From NCBI GenBank assembly GCA_038245195.1, contig JBBRSU010000003.1, positions 8,850-72,849 of the forward strand: a stretch of 64,000 nt of DNA, written 5' to 3'. Source of the DNA: Candidatus Saccharimonadales bacterium (GTDB taxonomy: Bacteria; Patescibacteriota; Saccharimonadia; Saccharimonadales; UBA10212). Made by a program: the position numbers and the translations under genes. Position 1 is the first letter of the stretch. Each line of letters starts with the position of its first letter. Below, piece after piece: positions 8,958-18,933 of this stretch. The notes under the pieces were generated by a model that had not been told where the DNA came from, did no database searches, and saw only the letters and a program-made list of their open reading frames with translations.

Positions 8958-10271
8958 ATGAGTAATAAAGTACCAATTGTAGCTATTGTCGGCCGGACCA
9001 ACGTCGGTAAGTCTAGTTTATTCAATGCGATTCTGGGGTACCGCGAAGCCATCACCGCCACTGAAGAAGGTACTACTCGTGATAGCTTAACCGCTATCGC
9101 TACCTGGGACGGTAAAGATTTTTGGCTAGTTGATACGGCTGGCCTCAAACCAGCCGAGGATGAGTTTGAGTTAACCATCCAGGAGCAAATCAGCGAAGCA
9201 GCTGCATCGGCTGATGTAATCGCTGTTATTACTGAGGCAGACGTGCCGGTTACCGAAGAAGATCGGCGGGTGGCAACTATGGCATTAAAGAGTAAAAAAC
9301 CAGTGGTCTTGGCGGTTAATAAGATTGACAAGAATAAGCGAGGCGATTTAAGCCAGTGGCGTAGCCTAGGCATTAAAACCATTATTGCTACCAGTGCTTC
9401 ACAAAAAACCGGCCTAGAAGCCCTGGTAGAAGCTCTGGCGAGCGATTTACCACCAGCTCACATCGAACCTGACTCCAACCGCATAAGGGTGTCATTACTC
9501 GGCAGACCCAATGTAGGTAAATCTAGTTTATTCAACGCTTTGGCTAAAAAACAACAGGCTTTGGTGGCTGATAGGGCTGGCACAACTCGTGATGTGAATC
9601 GCACTAGCATCCGCTATGAAGGCCGAGAAATTGAGCTGGCAGATACCGCCGGAATCCGACGGTCCGGTAAAATTGAGAGAGGGGTTGAGAAATTTAGCGT
9701 GCTTAGAGCGTTATCAGCTATCGAGAGCTCCGACATTTGCTTAGTTCTAATGGACGCCAATGAACTGAATGTTCAGCTTGATCAAAAAATTGCTGGGCTG
9801 GTAAAAGAAGCTGGCAAAGGACTTATTTTGGTGGTCAGCAAATGGGATAGTGCTGATAAAGACGCCTTCACACACGACCAGCTCAGCCCCCAAATTGCCG
9901 CTAACTTTGTGTTTGTGCCTTGGGCCCCCCTGATTTTCACCAGTGCCACCACCGGGCAAAATGTCACCAAAATATATGATTTGATAATGGAAATAGCCGA
10001 AGCCCGGCATCAAAAATTCAAAACTAGCGAACTAAACCAGTGGTTAAGACAAGCCGTTAGTGCTCATACTCCAGCTGGATTAAAAGGTCGTAGCCCCAAA
10101 CTCAACTATATGGTCCAAGAAGATGATCTTGATTTGCCGAGCTTTAAAATCTTTGGGGCTCACACCAAATTCTTACACTGGAGCTACAAGCGCTATTTGG
10201 AACGCAGTTTCCGTGAACGCTGGCCCTTATCTGGAACAACCTTGAAGTTCTGGTTTATTGAGAAACATTAA
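8958..10271 (+). CDS. der: Ribosome biogenesis GTPase Der (EngA)
   Basis: Two tandem G domains (GRTNVGKS, GRPNVGKS, DTAG) and a KH-like C-terminus. Confidence 0.97.
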   Translation: MSNKVPIVAIVGRTNVGKSSLFNAILGYREAITATEEGTTRDSLTAIATWDGKDFWLVDTAGLKPAEDEFELTIQEQISEAAASADVIAVITEADVPVTEEDRRVATMALKSKKPVVLAVNKIDKNKRGDLSQWRSLGIKTIIATSASQKTGLEALVEALASDLPPAHIEPDSNRIRVSLLGRPNVGKSSLFNALAKKQQALVADRAGTTRDVNRTSIRYEGREIELADTAGIRRSGKIERGVEKFSVLRALSAIESSDICLVLMDANELNVQLDQKIAGLVKEAGKGLILVVSKWDSADKDAFTHDQLSPQIAANFVFVPWAPLIFTSATTGQNVTKIYDLIMEIAEARHQKFKTSELNQWLRQAVSAHTPAGLKGRSPKLNYMVQEDDLDLPSFKIFGAHTKFLHWSYKRYLERSFRERWPLSGTTLKFWFIEKH

Positions 10272-10286
10272 GGGTAGAATTATTTA

Positions 10287-10922
10287 ATGGCCTTATTTCA
10301 AAAAAAACCCCAAGTACAATCTGGTGCACCAATGTACACGCTAGGGGCTAATAAAACTATCTTAATAATCGGACTAGGTAACCTTGGTAAAAAATATACC
10401 GGAACCCGACACAATATTGGCTTTGAAGTATTAGATCAATTCGCCAAAACTAATAACTTCCCAGCTTGGTTGTCTAAAAAAGATTTAAAATGCGAAATAA
10501 CTGTTCAAACCATGGGTGAAAGTCGAGTGGTTTTAGCTAAGCCAACCACATTCATGAATAACAGTGGCGAAGCCGGCCAAGCTGCCCAACACTTTTACCG
10601 AGTTTATAATCAGAATACCTTGGCAATCTATGACGAGCTGGCAATTAGTTTTGGCCAATTGCGTACCCGAGTCGGCGGCTCTGATGCCGGCCATAACGGG
10701 GTTAAATCGCTTATCCAGCACCTAGGCGATGGCTTCGGCCGACTAAGAATTGGGGTAGGCAATAGTCTTTCGCAAAAGGCCCAGGCCAGCGAATTTGTTT
10801 TAGGAAAATTTAGCAAAGCCGAGCAAACCAGTTTGGGCTTAATCACTCAAGAGGCCAATGCCATCACTACCGAATTTATATTCAGCGGTCAGCTACCCCA
10901 CGAAACTCGCACAATTATTTAA
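10287..10922 (+). CDS. pth: Peptidyl-tRNA hydrolase
   Basis: GLGN..Y..TRHNIGF, KPTTFMN.SG, GHNGVKS. Confidence 0.97.
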   Translation: MALFQKKPQVQSGAPMYTLGANKTILIIGLGNLGKKYTGTRHNIGFEVLDQFAKTNNFPAWLSKKDLKCEITVQTMGESRVVLAKPTTFMNNSGEAGQAAQHFYRVYNQNTLAIYDELAISFGQLRTRVGGSDAGHNGVKSLIQHLGDGFGRLRIGVGNSLSQKAQASEFVLGKFSKAEQTSLGLITQEANAITTEFIFSGQLPHETRTII

Positions 10923-10924
10923 CT

Positions 10925-10966
10925 AAAAAGGTCTCCAGAGGGGGTGGGCACCGCTGGAGACCATTT
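10925..10966. terminator. Intrinsic terminator, strongest on the minus strand
   Basis: GGTCTCCAG / CTGGAGACC stem flanked by AAAAA and ATTTT. Confidence 0.8.
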
Positions 10967-11376
10967 TAGGGGACGAGACACACTCATCCCATAATTACAC
11001 CCTTCAACCCACCATCTGCGAAGCGTCCAAAGACATTTATTTAAATGTTGGAGCCGGCCAATGCTGGCCATCCCATAAGGACCCGCATACCCACAAAAGA
11101 GGGACTCCCAAGCTAAAAACTTGGGTGAGGTTAAAGGGGTTAGTTTGTTTAAGAGCTTTCCCGCACCACTTTTAGCTTTTATTAGCATAAGCAGTTGTCG
11201 GTAGCCACCGATTAGTAATAAACTAGTTGGCAGTGGGCTAAAAACCAAAAGTGGTGAGGGGCCTGGTCGGTAAGTGGAGGGTACTACTTAGACCGGCCAG
11301 AGCTCTTAAACAATCTAACAAAATGTTAGAAATTGGGGGGTATAAGGTACGTAAATCATATAATTTGACTTACAGG
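10925..11376 (-). ncRNA. Putative ~450-nt highly structured non-coding RNA of unknown class
   Basis: Bounded by a TTGACT-17-TAAAAT promoter and a terminator; several long-range stems, many with G-U pairs on the minus strand; no credible ORF. Confidence 0.7.
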
Positions 11377-11381
11377 TTGCA

Positions 11382-11410
11382 ATTTTAGCAATAAACTGTC
11401 CTAAAGTCAA
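11382..11410 (-). promoter_or_regulatory. Sigma70-type promoter TTGACT-17bp-TAAAAT with extended TG
   Basis: -35 at 11410-11405 and -10 at 11387-11382, pointing away from dprA. Confidence 0.7.
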
Positions 11411-11428
11411 TAGTACGTAATATATTTT

Positions 11429-12286
11429 ATGAATGTCAATATACTTAAGCTTAGTTCGGATTCGTACCCAGCTGAATTACGACAAATTTCCTCCCCGCCC
11501 GAGTCATTATTTTGGTCCGGCATTGAGCCAGATAAATGGCTAGGTTTACCCAGAGTTGCGGTTGTAGGTAGCCGAAAGATTACACCTTACGGCAGAAGTG
11601 TTACTAGCCAGATCGTGACTGACTTAGCCAGGGCAGGAGTCGTTATAATCAGCGGTCTGGCTTATGGAGTCGATATCGTGGCTCATCAGGCAGCCTTGTC
11701 GGCTAACGGCACAACCGTTGCCGTTTTGCCAACCAGCCTGGACCAAATCTACCCCGTTAATCATGCCCATATTGCCGAGCAAATTAAACTAAGGGGTAGC
11801 CTGATTAGTGAATATCCCCAAGGTACCGCTGGTTTCAAATCTAACTTTATTGCCCGAAACCGGATTGTCAGTGGTTTATGTGAAGTGTTGCTAATCACCG
11901 AAGCAGCGGTAAATAGCGGCAGTTTGCACACCGCCCGGTTTGCTCTAGAGCAGGGGAAAACCGTGATGACCGTGCCCGGTAATATCACTAGCCCGATAAG
12001 TGAAGGCTGTAATAATCTGATCAAGAGTGGCGCCGTACCTGTAACCTCGGCCGACGATATATTTTTCACTCTGAGGATTAGTCCTAAAGCTAAACAAGTT
12101 ATGAATTTTTCTGGCACTAAACTCGAACAGCTAGTTCTGGACTTAATTAAAGGTGGTATTGCCGCCCAAGACCAGTTAGCCCAGGCCGCCGAACTCGATA
12201 GTCCGCTACTGGCAAGTACCCTAACAATGCTGGAGATTGGCGGCTATATTAGACCGACCGGTAGCGGTAATTGGGTAGTCACATAA
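11429..12286 (+). CDS. dprA: DNA-processing protein DprA
   Basis: AVVGSR, ISGLAYGVD, RNRIVSG, SGSLHTA, GCNNLIK. Confidence 0.97.
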   Translation: MNVNILKLSSDSYPAELRQISSPPESLFWSGIEPDKWLGLPRVAVVGSRKITPYGRSVTSQIVTDLARAGVVIISGLAYGVDIVAHQAALSANGTTVAVLPTSLDQIYPVNHAHIAEQIKLRGSLISEYPQGTAGFKSNFIARNRIVSGLCEVLLITEAAVNSGSLHTARFALEQGKTVMTVPGNITSPISEGCNNLIKSGAVPVTSADDIFFTLRISPKAKQVMNFSGTKLEQLVLDLIKGGIAAQDQLAQAAELDSPLLASTLTMLEIGGYIRPTGSGNWVVT

Positions 12287-12338
12287 TAAGCCTTTTCGCT
12301 TGACCTGTGGAATGTAGTTGCTAGACTTGCTTAAGTAT

Positions 12339-14642
12339 ATGGCGAAAAACCTTGTGATTGTAGAAAGTCCAGCCAAAGCTAAGACTATTGGTACTTTTTT
12401 GGGCAGTGGTTATGAAATAAAGAGCAGCTTTGGGCATATTCGCGATCTTCCTAAGAAGGGAATCGGGGTCGATGTTGAAAAAAAATTCCAACCAACTTAT
12501 GAAGTTAGCCCCGATAAGCAAAAGGTAGCTAATGAGCTAAAGAAAGCCGCTAAAAATAAAACTGTCTGGCTGGCCAGTGATGAAGACCGAGAGGGCGAGG
12601 CGATAGCTTGGCATATCTGCAGTATTTTAGGTTTGGACCCTAAGAAAACCAACAGAATAGTATTTCACGAAATAACTAAACCGGCTATCGAAGCCGCTAT
12701 CCAAAAACCTCGAACTATCGATTTAAAGCTAGTTGATTCTCAGCAAGCCCGGCGGATTTTAGACCGCCTGGTCGGTTATGAGTTAAGCCCGGTGCTGTGG
12801 AAAAAAGTCCGAACCGGTTTATCGGCCGGCCGGGTTCAAAGCGTGGCCGTTCGCCTAATTGTCGAGCGGGAACGCGAAATCAAAGACCACTCTGCCGAAA
12901 CTAGTTATAAAGTTTCAGCAATTTTTGATGCTAAAGGCCAAGATTTATCAGCAGTTCTACCTAAAAATATGGCCAACAATCAGTCGGCTAAGCACTTTTT
13001 AGACGATATTAAGGACGCCAGCTTTAGCATTAAGCGCATCGAGCAGAAACCAGGTACCAGGAGTGCTGGTCCGCCGTTTATTACAAGCACCCTACAGCAA
13101 GAAGCCGCTCGGCGCTTAGGTTATTCGGTTCGTCAGACTATGACTTTAGCCCAAAGGCTGTATGAGAACGGACTTATTACTTACATGCGAACTGATAGCT
13201 TGAACTTATCGCCGATTGCCGTTAAAGCTGCAGAGGCATATATAAAGAAAGAGTACGGTGATAAATATACTAATCCTAGGCAATATAAGACTAAGGATGC
13301 CGCCGCCCAAGAGGCCCACGAAGCCATTCGGCCAACTAGTTTTTCCAAAACCAGTGCCGGGGACGATGCTAGTCAGAAAAAACTGTATGAGTTAATTTGG
13401 CGTCGAGCCCTTGCCAGTCAGATGGCCTCGGCCTCAATCGAAAAAACTGAGGTCGATGTAGAAAACAATAAACGTCCGGAATTATTCACCGCCAGTGGTG
13501 AGATCCTGTTATTCGACGGGTTCTTAAGAGTATATGGTGGTGGCAAGGATGATCAAATATTACCGCCGATTAAGCAGGGTGATAACCTGAGATTGGTCTC
13601 GGCTAGTGCTCTCGAAGCCCTATCTCGGCCACCGGCCCGCTATTCAGAAGCTAGTTTAGTTAGAAAGCTAGAAGAGCTGGGGATTGGCCGGCCAAGCACT
13701 TATGCGCCTACTATTGGTACCATTCAAGACCGAGGTTATATCGAGAAAAAAGACGTTGAGGGTGAACCAAGGAAGATTAACGAAATAAAGCTTACTGCCG
13801 GTAAGCTAAATGAGTCGATCCAAGAAATCACCGTCGGAGCCGATCGTAACAAGTTATTGCCGACTTATCTAGCCGATGTAGTTACCGATTTTCTGATTAA
13901 ACACTTTGGCTCGGTTTTGGATTACGACTTTACAGCTAATGCTGAAAAGGACTTTGATGATATTGCCGAGGGTAAGATTAGTTGGCAAGAGGTTTTAGAG
14001 CGATTTTATAAGCACTTTCACCCCTTGGTAAAACAATCCGAGAAGGCCGACCGTGCCGAAGCCGCCCAAGCTCGTCAGCTGGGTATCGACCCTAAATCAA
14101 AAAAAATTGTAGTGGTTAGATATGGTCGCTATGGGCCGGTTTTACAGCTTGGTGAAGCCGGTGACAATACCGCCAAGGACGCCCCCAAACCAATATTTGC
14201 ACCCCTCCCTGAGGGCACAACCCTAGAGGAAATCACCCTGGACGAAGCTTTACCGATGTTTAAACTGCCCCGATTAGTTGGGAAAACCAAAGAGGGGGAT
14301 GAGATATCGGCCAATATTGGCCGATTCGGGCCCTACGTTCATGTTAATAAGTTATTTGTCAGTATCAAAGGTCAAGACCCCATGACCATAACCGAAGCCG
14401 AAGCCCGAAAAATAATTGCCGAGAAACAAGAAGTTGAGCGAAAAAAAGTCATCGCTGATTTTGGTAAGATAAAAGTCCTAAATGGGCCCTACGGTCCGTA
14501 CGTAACGGATGGAAAGTCTAATGTCAAGATTCCCAAAGACATTAAACCTGAAAGCCTAAATGAAGTTGCCAGTCAAAAACTGTTAAGCGAGGCTCCTAAA
14601 AATCCCAAACGACGATTCCCGCGTAAAACTGTCAACAAATAA
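12339..14642 (+). CDS. topA: DNA topoisomerase I with C-terminal Toprim_C repeats
   Basis: LVIVESPAKAK, DEDREGE, SAGRVQS, ITYMRTDS; GRYGP/GRFGPY/GPYGPY repeats instead of Zn ribbons. Confidence 0.98.
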   Translation: MAKNLVIVESPAKAKTIGTFLGSGYEIKSSFGHIRDLPKKGIGVDVEKKFQPTYEVSPDKQKVANELKKAAKNKTVWLASDEDREGEAIAWHICSILGLDPKKTNRIVFHEITKPAIEAAIQKPRTIDLKLVDSQQARRILDRLVGYELSPVLWKKVRTGLSAGRVQSVAVRLIVEREREIKDHSAETSYKVSAIFDAKGQDLSAVLPKNMANNQSAKHFLDDIKDASFSIKRIEQKPGTRSAGPPFITSTLQQEAARRLGYSVRQTMTLAQRLYENGLITYMRTDSLNLSPIAVKAAEAYIKKEYGDKYTNPRQYKTKDAAAQEAHEAIRPTSFSKTSAGDDASQKKLYELIWRRALASQMASASIEKTEVDVENNKRPELFTASGEILLFDGFLRVYGGGKDDQILPPIKQGDNLRLVSASALEALSRPPARYSEASLVRKLEELGIGRPSTYAPTIGTIQDRGYIEKKDVEGEPRKINEIKLTAGKLNESIQEITVGADRNKLLPTYLADVVTDFLIKHFGSVLDYDFTANAEKDFDDIAEGKISWQEVLERFYKHFHPLVKQSEKADRAEAAQARQLGIDPKSKKIVVVRYGRYGPVLQLGEAGDNTAKDAPKPIFAPLPEGTTLEEITLDEALPMFKLPRLVGKTKEGDEISANIGRFGPYVHVNKLFVSIKGQDPMTITEAEARKIIAEKQEVERKKVIADFGKIKVLNGPYGPYVTDGKSNVKIPKDIKPESLNEVASQKLLSEAPKNPKRRFPRKTVNK

Positions 14643-14771
14643 TAGTTATTAAACAATTTTTTGGTTATCCACAATTTTACTTCTTTAATATTGAATGTGG
14701 TAAAACAAACATAAACGGATTAGTGCGCATCCGTCTAATACGTGATAGAATAAATCTATAGAACAAGAAGT

Positions 14772-14800
14772 TTGACTTTTAAAAACTAAAGTTATATAAT
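14772..14800 (+). promoter_or_regulatory. Sigma70-type promoter TTGACT-17bp-TATAAT
   Basis: Near-consensus hexamers with 17-bp spacing; DnaA box TTATCCACA upstream at 14665-14673. Confidence 0.75.
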
Positions 14801-14850
14801 TAGGTAAACCGATTGCGGTTTTAGTCTGATTAACGGATAAGAAAGTGTAG

Positions 14851-15888
14851 ATGGAAGACGAATTAACCACACCAAAACTTAATATTGAAACGTCGGTTCA
14901 GAACATTCTGGGAACGATTGAGCGCGAACGCGAGCGAGAAATTGTGTCGCGTCGATTTGGCTTGTTTGACCGCCGTGAAACACTCGAACAAATTGGCGAA
15001 TTATTAGGAATTACTCGGGAACGAGTCCGCCAACTAGAAAAAGCTGTGGTTACTCGATTAAAAACTGCTGCAGAAAAAGATTTACCTAACATGAGCGACG
15101 TCGAAAAAGCATTAACGGCTCATCTTACTCAAATGGGGAAGGTAGCCCGAATTCAAGACGTTACTCAACGATTATCGAAGGCTAATACCAAGACCGATCA
15201 AGCCCGTGTGGCATTTTTATCTAATTTAAGTCCTAATATTGCCGTAATAGATGATAACGATCATTTTTTTCACTCGATTGGCTTAGCTAATGAACACACC
15301 GAAAAGACCATCCGCGAACATGTCAGTAAAATCATTGAAGCCATCAACGAAATTGGTGAACCAACTGATATAAAAAGTGTTTCCGAAAAAGTCGGTAACA
15401 CCGATGTTAAACATACCGAGGCGTTAGCCAGTATTTCAAAGAATATAGCCAGCCTAAACGGTCGCTGGGGTCTGGTTAAATGGCCGATGGTTAACCCTAA
15501 GAACATACGAGATAAAATCTACGTGATTTTGCACGAAAACAACCAACCAATGCACTTTAACGAGATCGCCGAGGCTATCAAGGGTAGCAATTTAAAGCGA
15601 AAAGATGTAACTACCCAAGCGATTCATAACGAGCTAATTAAAGACTCTAGGTTTGTGCTAATCGGTCGTGGAATTTACGCCCTTAAAGAGTGGGGCTTCA
15701 AAAAAGGCACTGTTTCCGATGTGATTGCTGAAGTTTTACGTAAAGAGGGCGGGGCTTTGCACCGTGATGAGATTGTCCGCAGGGTGCTTAAAAGTCGTCA
15801 GGTCAAAGAAACCACTATCCTGTTGAATCTACAAAGCAAGCCACAATTCAAGCGAGTGGCCAAAGCCACCTACACCCTGGCTGAATAA
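14851..15888 (+). CDS. Sigma70 region 4 + HARE-HTH (RNAP delta-like) winged-helix protein
   Basis: TLEQIGELLGITRERVRQLE (sigma r4); C-terminal wHTH ...FVLIGRGIYALKEW; no sigma region 2. Confidence 0.85.
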   Translation: MEDELTTPKLNIETSVQNILGTIEREREREIVSRRFGLFDRRETLEQIGELLGITRERVRQLEKAVVTRLKTAAEKDLPNMSDVEKALTAHLTQMGKVARIQDVTQRLSKANTKTDQARVAFLSNLSPNIAVIDDNDHFFHSIGLANEHTEKTIREHVSKIIEAINEIGEPTDIKSVSEKVGNTDVKHTEALASISKNIASLNGRWGLVKWPMVNPKNIRDKIYVILHENNQPMHFNEIAEAIKGSNLKRKDVTTQAIHNELIKDSRFVLIGRGIYALKEWGFKKGTVSDVIAEVLRKEGGALHRDEIVRRVLKSRQVKETTILLNLQSKPQFKRVAKATYTLAE

Positions 15889-15944
15889 GCTTACGCATCG
15901 CCCTCTTACATAAGGGGTTTTAGGCGTATAATATTAAACAGCTT

Positions 15945-18572
15945 ATGGGATTATTCATTAACACCAATAAAAAAATAGAGGCGGCTCACGACCATACTCT
16001 TTTGATGTTGGAAGTACCTCGAACAAACGATAAAAAGGAATTGTCGGCCGAGCAAATGCTAGCCGCTTTGCACGGTATTTTACGGACTAAGCGAGAGCTT
16101 AAGCTATCTGGGACTTTGCAAGAGCACGTTAGCCTCGAAGTCGCAGCCATTGGACAACGTTTACGATTTTACATCTGGACTCCCAAACACCTTCAAGCTT
16201 TCGTGGAAGGCCAAATTTACGCCCAATATCCAACTGTCCAAATCTTTGAGCAAGACGAAGATTATGCCGACCGGCAAATGCATCAAACCGTAATTCATAG
16301 TGCCGAGCTTACCTTGACCACAGATGAAACCATCCCTATAAAAACCTTCCCTAGCTTTGAGGTAGACCCCTTGGCAGCGATTACCGCCACCTTGGCCAAA
16401 CTCGATAAAGAAGATGAGGAAATGTGGATTCAGATTATGGCCCGGCCGGTTCACGACGATTGGCACCGTAAAGGCTCTCGAATGGTCGCCAAGATCAAAC
16501 GGGGCGGGGGACTATTCGGGGGTAGTGGTAGCGGTGCTGGATCCTATGCTGCCGAAGCTTTCGCAGCCCTGCTTAGACCCCCAACTGGCGGTGGCGAAAC
16601 CAAGGTTCCAGAAGTTTCAGAACGTGATAAATCACGGATTTCTGCTATAGAAGAGAAGAGTAATAAGCTTGGTTATCAAGTAAAGATTCGGCTAGTTTAC
16701 GCTGGCCACGACCAACACACCGCTAAGTTACGCATGCAGGCCTTAGTCGGCGCCTTTAAGCAGTTCAATAGTACTAATCTAAATGGCTTTGAGGCCAAGT
16801 TGCAGAGCTTCAACCGTGATAAACAGCTGGAGTATCAGGCCCGCTTCTTCATTGATAGTGGCTATATATTAAATATCGAAGAGTTGGCAAGTTTATTCCA
16901 TTTGCCGCACACTAGCGTTGAAACTCCGAACATTGTTTGGGCAACCACCAAAACCGCAGAACCCCCGTCTAATGTGCCCATCCAGCAACCCGGTAATGTG
17001 TTGGACATAAGTTTATTGGGAGTAACCAATTTTAGAGGTACAAACACCGTCTTTGGCCTGCTGCGAGCCGATCGCGGTCGGCATGTTTACATTCTAGGTC
17101 AGACCGGCACCGGTAAATCTGGGGCTTTGGAGCTTTTAACCCTATCAGACATCTACTATGACCAGGGTTTTGCTGTAATTGACCCGCACGGCGATTATGC
17201 CCAGCATGTGCTTAATTTCATTCCCCAAAGACGTTTGGAAGATGTAGTTTATTTCAATCCAGCTGACACTAACTATCCAATCGGTTTTAACCCCTTAGAA
17301 ATCAGCGACCCGTCACTTAAAGGCCACATTAGCTCCGAGTTGGTAGGGGTCTTAAAAAGACTTTTTGCCGAGAGCTGGGGTCCACGGCTAGAATATATTC
17401 TGCGCTACAGCCTGCTGGCCTTATTAGATTACCCAAATTCGACAATGCTTGATATTACTCGGCTTCTAACCGATAAAAAATTCCGAGCTCATGTAATTAC
17501 CTATATTGACGACCCCGTTGTAAAGAACTTCTGGGTGACCGAGTTTGCTAGTTGGAACGATAAGTTCGCTTCTGAAGCTGTGGCCCCGGTACTTAACAAG
17601 GTAGGCGCCTTTACGGCCAACCCTATGATTAGAAATATCATCGGCCAACCAAAAAGTACCTTTAACATACGCAAAATTATGGATGAGGGCAAGATCTTGG
17701 TGGTCAATCTTAGCCGCGGGCTGATGGGCGAGGATAATGCTGGTATTTTAGGTGCTATGATGGTCACGAAAATTCAGCTAGCCGCCATGGGTCGGGCCGA
17801 TATGCCTCTAGAAGAACGCAGGCCATTCTATCTGTACGTTGATGAGTTTCAGAACTTTGCAACCGATTCATTCGCGACAATCCTGTCTGAAGCCCGTAAA
17901 TACGGCTTAAACCTAACTGTTGCTAACCAATATATCTCTCAGATGAGCGAGCCAGTCAGAAATGCGGTGTTTGGTAACGTGGGCACGATTGTTTGCTTTA
18001 GAATCAGTCCTGACGATTCACCTTTCTTGCAAAAGTACTTTGAGCCTCAATTTGAAGCCCCCGACCTAATACAGCAGCACAGCCGGTTTTTTGTGACAAC
18101 CATGATGATTGGCGATGAGAAAGCCCCGGCATTCTCTGCCAAGACTCTTAATCTACCACCTCCATCCGACGATTTAACGTCCCGAATTGTGGCCTTATCC
18201 AGAGAGCGATACACCCAAGACCGATCAGTTGTCGAAGAGCTGGTCCGCAAAAATGCCGGGCTAGCTATGGATGAAAAGTCACCGGAGCCCCAACCCCCCA
18301 AACCCAAGGTCCAGGCTCAACTTAATCAAATTAAGATAATCGAGTCTAACCAATCAAGTAATCAAAAAGCTGGACGAGTTGGGGCTAACATCTTACAATC
18401 GCTTAAAACCGAATCAGTCAGTCCTGAAGTACCGGCTAGAAAACGACGAAGGGGTAAGCGCGGAGGTAAAAAGAACCGATCCTCTCAGCTACAAAACCCT
18501 ACGATTATAGCCCCTGTACAAGCTAACAGGTCTTCCGATAGTCAGTACGAGCAGACAGTCCACTTACGTTAA
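15945..18572 (+). CDS. VirD4/TraD-like (HerA/FtsK superfamily) ATPase, CPR type
   Basis: Walker A GQTGTGKS, IDPHGD, Walker B LYVDEFQNF, SEARKYGLNLTVANQ; no obvious TM helix. Confidence 0.88.
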   Translation: MGLFINTNKKIEAAHDHTLLMLEVPRTNDKKELSAEQMLAALHGILRTKRELKLSGTLQEHVSLEVAAIGQRLRFYIWTPKHLQAFVEGQIYAQYPTVQIFEQDEDYADRQMHQTVIHSAELTLTTDETIPIKTFPSFEVDPLAAITATLAKLDKEDEEMWIQIMARPVHDDWHRKGSRMVAKIKRGGGLFGGSGSGAGSYAAEAFAALLRPPTGGGETKVPEVSERDKSRISAIEEKSNKLGYQVKIRLVYAGHDQHTAKLRMQALVGAFKQFNSTNLNGFEAKLQSFNRDKQLEYQARFFIDSGYILNIEELASLFHLPHTSVETPNIVWATTKTAEPPSNVPIQQPGNVLDISLLGVTNFRGTNTVFGLLRADRGRHVYILGQTGTGKSGALELLTLSDIYYDQGFAVIDPHGDYAQHVLNFIPQRRLEDVVYFNPADTNYPIGFNPLEISDPSLKGHISSELVGVLKRLFAESWGPRLEYILRYSLLALLDYPNSTMLDITRLLTDKKFRAHVITYIDDPVVKNFWVTEFASWNDKFASEAVAPVLNKVGAFTANPMIRNIIGQPKSTFNIRKIMDEGKILVVNLSRGLMGEDNAGILGAMMVTKIQLAAMGRADMPLEERRPFYLYVDEFQNFATDSFATILSEARKYGLNLTVANQYISQMSEPVRNAVFGNVGTIVCFRISPDDSPFLQKYFEPQFEAPDLIQQHSRFFVTTMMIGDEKAPAFSAKTLNLPPPSDDLTSRIVALSRERYTQDRSVVEELVRKNAGLAMDEKSPEPQPPKPKVQAQLNQIKIIESNQSSNQKAGRVGANILQSLKTESVSPEVPARKRRRGKRGGKKNRSSQLQNPTIIAPVQANRSSDSQYEQTVHLR

Positions 18573-18760
18573 TCAGTTTAATTATCTTTAGTAACTAGAA
18601 CATTTTACGAACATGTTGAAGACACTGGTAGGTAGGTGAGCAAAACCAGCGATCTAAAGGCCAGGGCATGGAATATATAAGTAAATATTTAATATATAAA
18701 TTAAGGGCTTGAAAAATCAAGGGATAGAAGTCGCAGGGCAATACCATTTTCAGTCATATG

Positions 18761-18796
18761 AGTTACGTCGCACAATGCATATTTTACGACCTGACT
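18761..18796. other. Putative dif (Xer recombination) site
   Basis: ACGTCGCACAA-TGCATA-TTTTACGACCT has 11-6-11 geometry with inverted arms and lies at the gene-strand switch. Confidence 0.6.
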
Positions 18797-18933
18797 TATA
18801 CCTATTGGAGTTGATACCCAATGCCTCTTATAACAGGGGTGTATTTGATATACATGATTTAATCGTCTGTTTGTTGGCCGTGGCTTAATTAATTAAATTA
18901 GTTAGTTGCGTCTTTCCTAATTAGGTCTTTTAC

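Noticed and set aside
9006-9538. Near-identical ~23-nt repeat inside der
   Set aside because: Explained by the two homologous G1 motifs of the tandem GTPase domains.
10919-11248. 109-aa minus-strand ORF between pth and dprA
   Set aside because: TTG start with no RBS, unnatural composition, and it runs through the terminator; the structured RNA explains the region better.
10925-11376. RNase P, tmRNA or SRP identity for the large structured RNA
   Set aside because: No GAGGAAAGUCC core, no tRNA-like ends or tag peptide, and no SRP domain IV motif found on either strand.
18598-18622. GAACATTTTAC-GAACATGTTG as a LexA/SOS box
   Set aside because: Spacing does not fit GAAC-N4-GTTC and it is not upstream of a repair gene.
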